Part shown: one piece after another, positions 60,801 to 64,000 of the stretch
Layout: every line of letters begins with the position of its first letter
Position numbering within the stretch: position 1 is the stretch's first letter
Assembly: GCF_902713615.1 (NCBI RefSeq)
Contig: NC_052158.1
Coordinates: 52,980,823 to 53,044,822, forward strand
Reading direction: 5' to 3'
DNA length: 64,000 nt
Source of the DNA: Scyliorhinus canicula
Taxonomy: Eukaryota
Position numbers and translations under genes: made by a program
The notes under the pieces: model-generated
Database searches by the model: none
Told to the model about the DNA's origin: nothing
What the model saw: only the letters and a program-made list of their open reading frames with translations

Positions 60801-63800
60801 AATAAACCCCAACACAGAGCCCCTGTAAATAAACCCCAACACAACACAGAGCCCCTGAAAATAAACCTCAACACAACACAGAGCCCCTGTAAATAAACCC
60901 CAACACAGAGCTCCTGTAAATAAACCCCAACACAACACAGAGCCCCTGTAAATAAACCCCAACACAGAGCCCCTGTAAATAAACCCCAACACAACACAGA
61001 GACCCTGTAAATAAACCCCAACACAACACAGAGCCCCTGTAAATAAACCCCAACACAACACAGAGACCCTGTAAATAAACCTCAACACAACACAGAGCCC
61101 CTGTAAATAAACCTCAACACAACACAGAGCCCCTGTAAATAAACCTCAACACAACACAGAGCCCCTGTAAATAAACCTCAACACAACACAGAGCCCCTGT
61201 AAATAAACCTCAACACAACACAGAGCCCCTGTAAATAAACCTCAACACAACACAGAGCCCCTGTAAATAAACCTCAACACAACACAGAGCCCCTGTAAAT
61301 AAACCTCAACACAACACAGAGCCCCTGTAAATAAACCCCAACACAACACAGAGCCCCTGTAAATAAACCCCAACACAACACAGAGCCCCTGTAAATAAAC
61401 CCCAACACGGAGCCCCTGTAAATAAACCCCAACACAACACAGAGCCCCTGTAAATAAACCCCAACACAACACAGAGCCCCTGTAAATAAACCCCAACACA
61501 ACACAGAGCCCCTGTAAATAAACCCCAACACAACACAGAGCCCCTGTAAATAAACCCCAAACAACACAGAGCCCCTGTAAATAAACCCCAACACAGAGCC
61601 CCTGTAAATAAACCCCAACACAGAGCCCCTGTAAATAAACCCCAACACAGAGCCCCTGTAAATAAACCTCAACACAACACAGAGCCCCTGTAAATAAACC
61701 TCAACACAACACAGAGCCCCTGTAAATAAACCTCAACACAACACAGAGCCCCTGTAAATAAACCCCAACACAGAGCCCCTGTAAATAAACCCCAACACAA
61801 CACAGAGCCCCTGTAAATAAACCCCAACACAACACAGAGCCCCTGTAAATAAACCCCAACACAACACAGAGCCCCTGTAAATAAACCCCAACACAACACA
61901 GAGCCCCTGTAAATAAACCCCAACACAACACAGAGCCCCGTAAATAAACCCCAACACAACACAACACAGAGCCCCTGTAAATAAACCCCAACACAACACA
62001 GAGCCCCTGTAAATAAACCCCAACACAACACAGAGCCCCTGTAAATAAACCCCAACACAGAGCCCCTGTAAATAAACCCCAACACAACACAGAGCCCCTG
62101 TAAATAATCCCCAACACAACACAGAGCCCCTGTAAATAAACCCCGAACACAGAGCCACTGTAAATAATCCCCAACACAACACAGAGCCCCTGTAAATAAA
62201 CCCCGAACACAGAGCCACTGTAAATAAACCCCAACACAGCACTGAGCCCCTGTAAATAAACCCCAACACAGAGCCCCTGTAAATAAACCCCAACACAACA
62301 CAGAGCCCCTGTAAATAATCCCCAACACAACACAGAGCCCCTGTAAATAAACCCCGAACACAGAGCCACTGTAAATAAACCCCAACACAGAGCCCCTGTA
62401 AATAAACCCCAACACAACACAGAGCCCCTGTAAATAAACCCCAACACAACACAGAGCCCCTGTAAATAAACCCCAACACAGAGCCCCTGTAAATAAACCC
62501 CAACACAACACAGAGCCCCTGTAAATAAACCCCAACACAACACAGAGCCCCTGTAAATAAACCCCAACACAGCACTGAGCCCCTGTAAATAAACCCCAAC
62601 ACAGAGCCCCTGTAAATAAACCCCAACACAACACAGAGCCCCTGTAAATAAACCCCAACACAACACAGAGCCCCTGTAAATAAACCCCAACACAACACAG
62701 AGCCCCTGTAAATAAACCTCAACACAGAGCCCCTGTAAATAAACCCCAACACAGAGCCCCTGTAAATAAACCCCGAACACAGAGCCCCTGTAAATAAACC
62801 CCAACACAACACAGAGCCCCTGTAAATAAACCCCAACACAGAGCCCCTGTAAATAAACCTCAACACAACACAGAGCCCCTGTAAATAAACCCCAACACAA
62901 CACAGAGCCCCTGTAAATAAACCCCAACACAACACAGAGCCCCTGTAAATAAACCCCAACACAACACAGAGCCCCTGTAAATAAACCTCAACACAGAGCC
63001 CCTGTAAATAAACCCCAACACAGAGCCCCTGTAAATAAACCCCGAACACAGAGCCCCTGTAAATAAACCCCAACACAACACAGAGCCCCTGTAAATAAAC
63101 CCCAACACAACACAGAGCCCCTGTAAATAAACCCCAACACAACACAGAGCCCCTGTAAATAAACCCCAACACAACACAGAGCCCCTGTAAATAAACCCCA
63201 ACACAACACAGAGCCCCTGTAAATAAACCCCAACACAACACAGAGCCCCTGTAAATAAACCCCAACACAGAGCTCCTGTAAATAAACCCCAACACAACAC
63301 AGAGCCCCTGTAAATAAACCCCAACACAACACAGAGCTCCTGTAAATAAACCCCAACCCAACACAGAGCCCCTGTAAATAAACCCCAACCCAACACAGAG
63401 CCCCTGTAAATAAACCCCAACACAGAGCCCCTGTAAATAAACCCCAACACAACACAGAGCCCCTGTAAATAAACCTCAACACAACACAGAGCCCCTGTAA
63501 ATAAACCCCAACACAACACAGAGCCCCTGTAAATAAACCCCAACACAACACAGATCCCCTGTAAATAAACCCCAACCCAACACAGAGCCCCTGTAAATAA
63601 ACCCCAACACAACACAGAGCCCCTGTAAATAAACCCCAACACAACACAGAGCCCCTGTAAATAAACCCCGAACACAGAGCCCCTGTAAATAAACCTCAAC
63701 ACAACACAGAGCCCCTGTAAATAAACCCCAACACAACACAGAGCCCCTGTAAATAAACCCCAACACAACACAGAGCCCCTGTAAATAAACCCCAACACAA

Positions 63801-64000
63801 CACAGAGCCCCTGTAAATAAACCCCAACACAACACAGAGCCCCTGTAAATAAACCCCAACACAACACAGAGCCCCTGTAAATAAACCCCAACACAACACA
63901 GAGCCCCTGTAAATAAACCCCAACACAACACAGAGCCCCTGTAAATAAACCCCAACACAACACAGAGCCCCTGTAAATAAACCCCAACACAGAGCCCCTG
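42838..64000. repeat. Satellite array, 32-bp unit with 27- and 37-bp variants, runs off the window
   Basis: AGAGCCCCTGTAAATAAACCCCAACAC(AACAC)0-2 over 21.1 kb, roughly 650-700 units estimated from length; degenerate units next to the alpha1 acceptor. Confidence 0.99.

Noticed and set aside
42834-63990. Dozens of long minus-strand ORFs (GFIYRGSVLCWGLFTGALCCVGVYLQGLCVVL repeats)
   Set aside because: Automatic result of a stop-free 32-bp unit; no domain content. Only the last 23 codons before alpha1 are kept as a hypothesis.
42838-64000. CRISPR-like array
   Set aside because: No unique spacers, head-to-tail satellite, vertebrate context, no cas genes.

Overview
Vertebrate genomic DNA, most likely a cartilaginous fish (inferred from HE1/V-SINE-type SINEs, CR1 LINEs with esterase ORF1, Penelope elements and a shark-type MHC). 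The one host gene is an MHC class I heavy-chain gene on the minus strand, reconstructed by hand from six GT-AG exons joined by phase-1 introns: alpha1 42550-42810, alpha2 42041-42313, alpha3 12826-13098, TM 9769-9894, cytoplasmic 1729-1764 and 880-926. The frame is intact (338 aa mature chain). No spliced leader exon or promoter is present in the window. The groove keeps 7 of the 9 canonical peptide-anchoring residues (Y7 to V, Y123 to S), pointing to a non-classical lineage. The introns are hugely inflated by nested transposons (CR1, Gypsy, Harbinger, SINEs, Penelope) and by four tandem arrays anchored at exon boundaries. Two arrays are serial copies of the exon end plus its 5' splice site (about 27 extra copies after alpha2, 3 after TM). 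One is a >21 kb 32-bp satellite abutting the alpha1 acceptor, with an acceptor-like TTTATTTACAG/G in every unit. One is a 3.5 kb G-rich minisatellite containing an assembly gap. Intron 3 also holds a near-perfect 2.7 kb Penelope palindrome with a 12-bp TSD and hammerhead-ribozyme-like motifs. Most long ORFs in the track are repeat artefacts. TE boundaries are approximate unless a TSD or terminal motif is cited.
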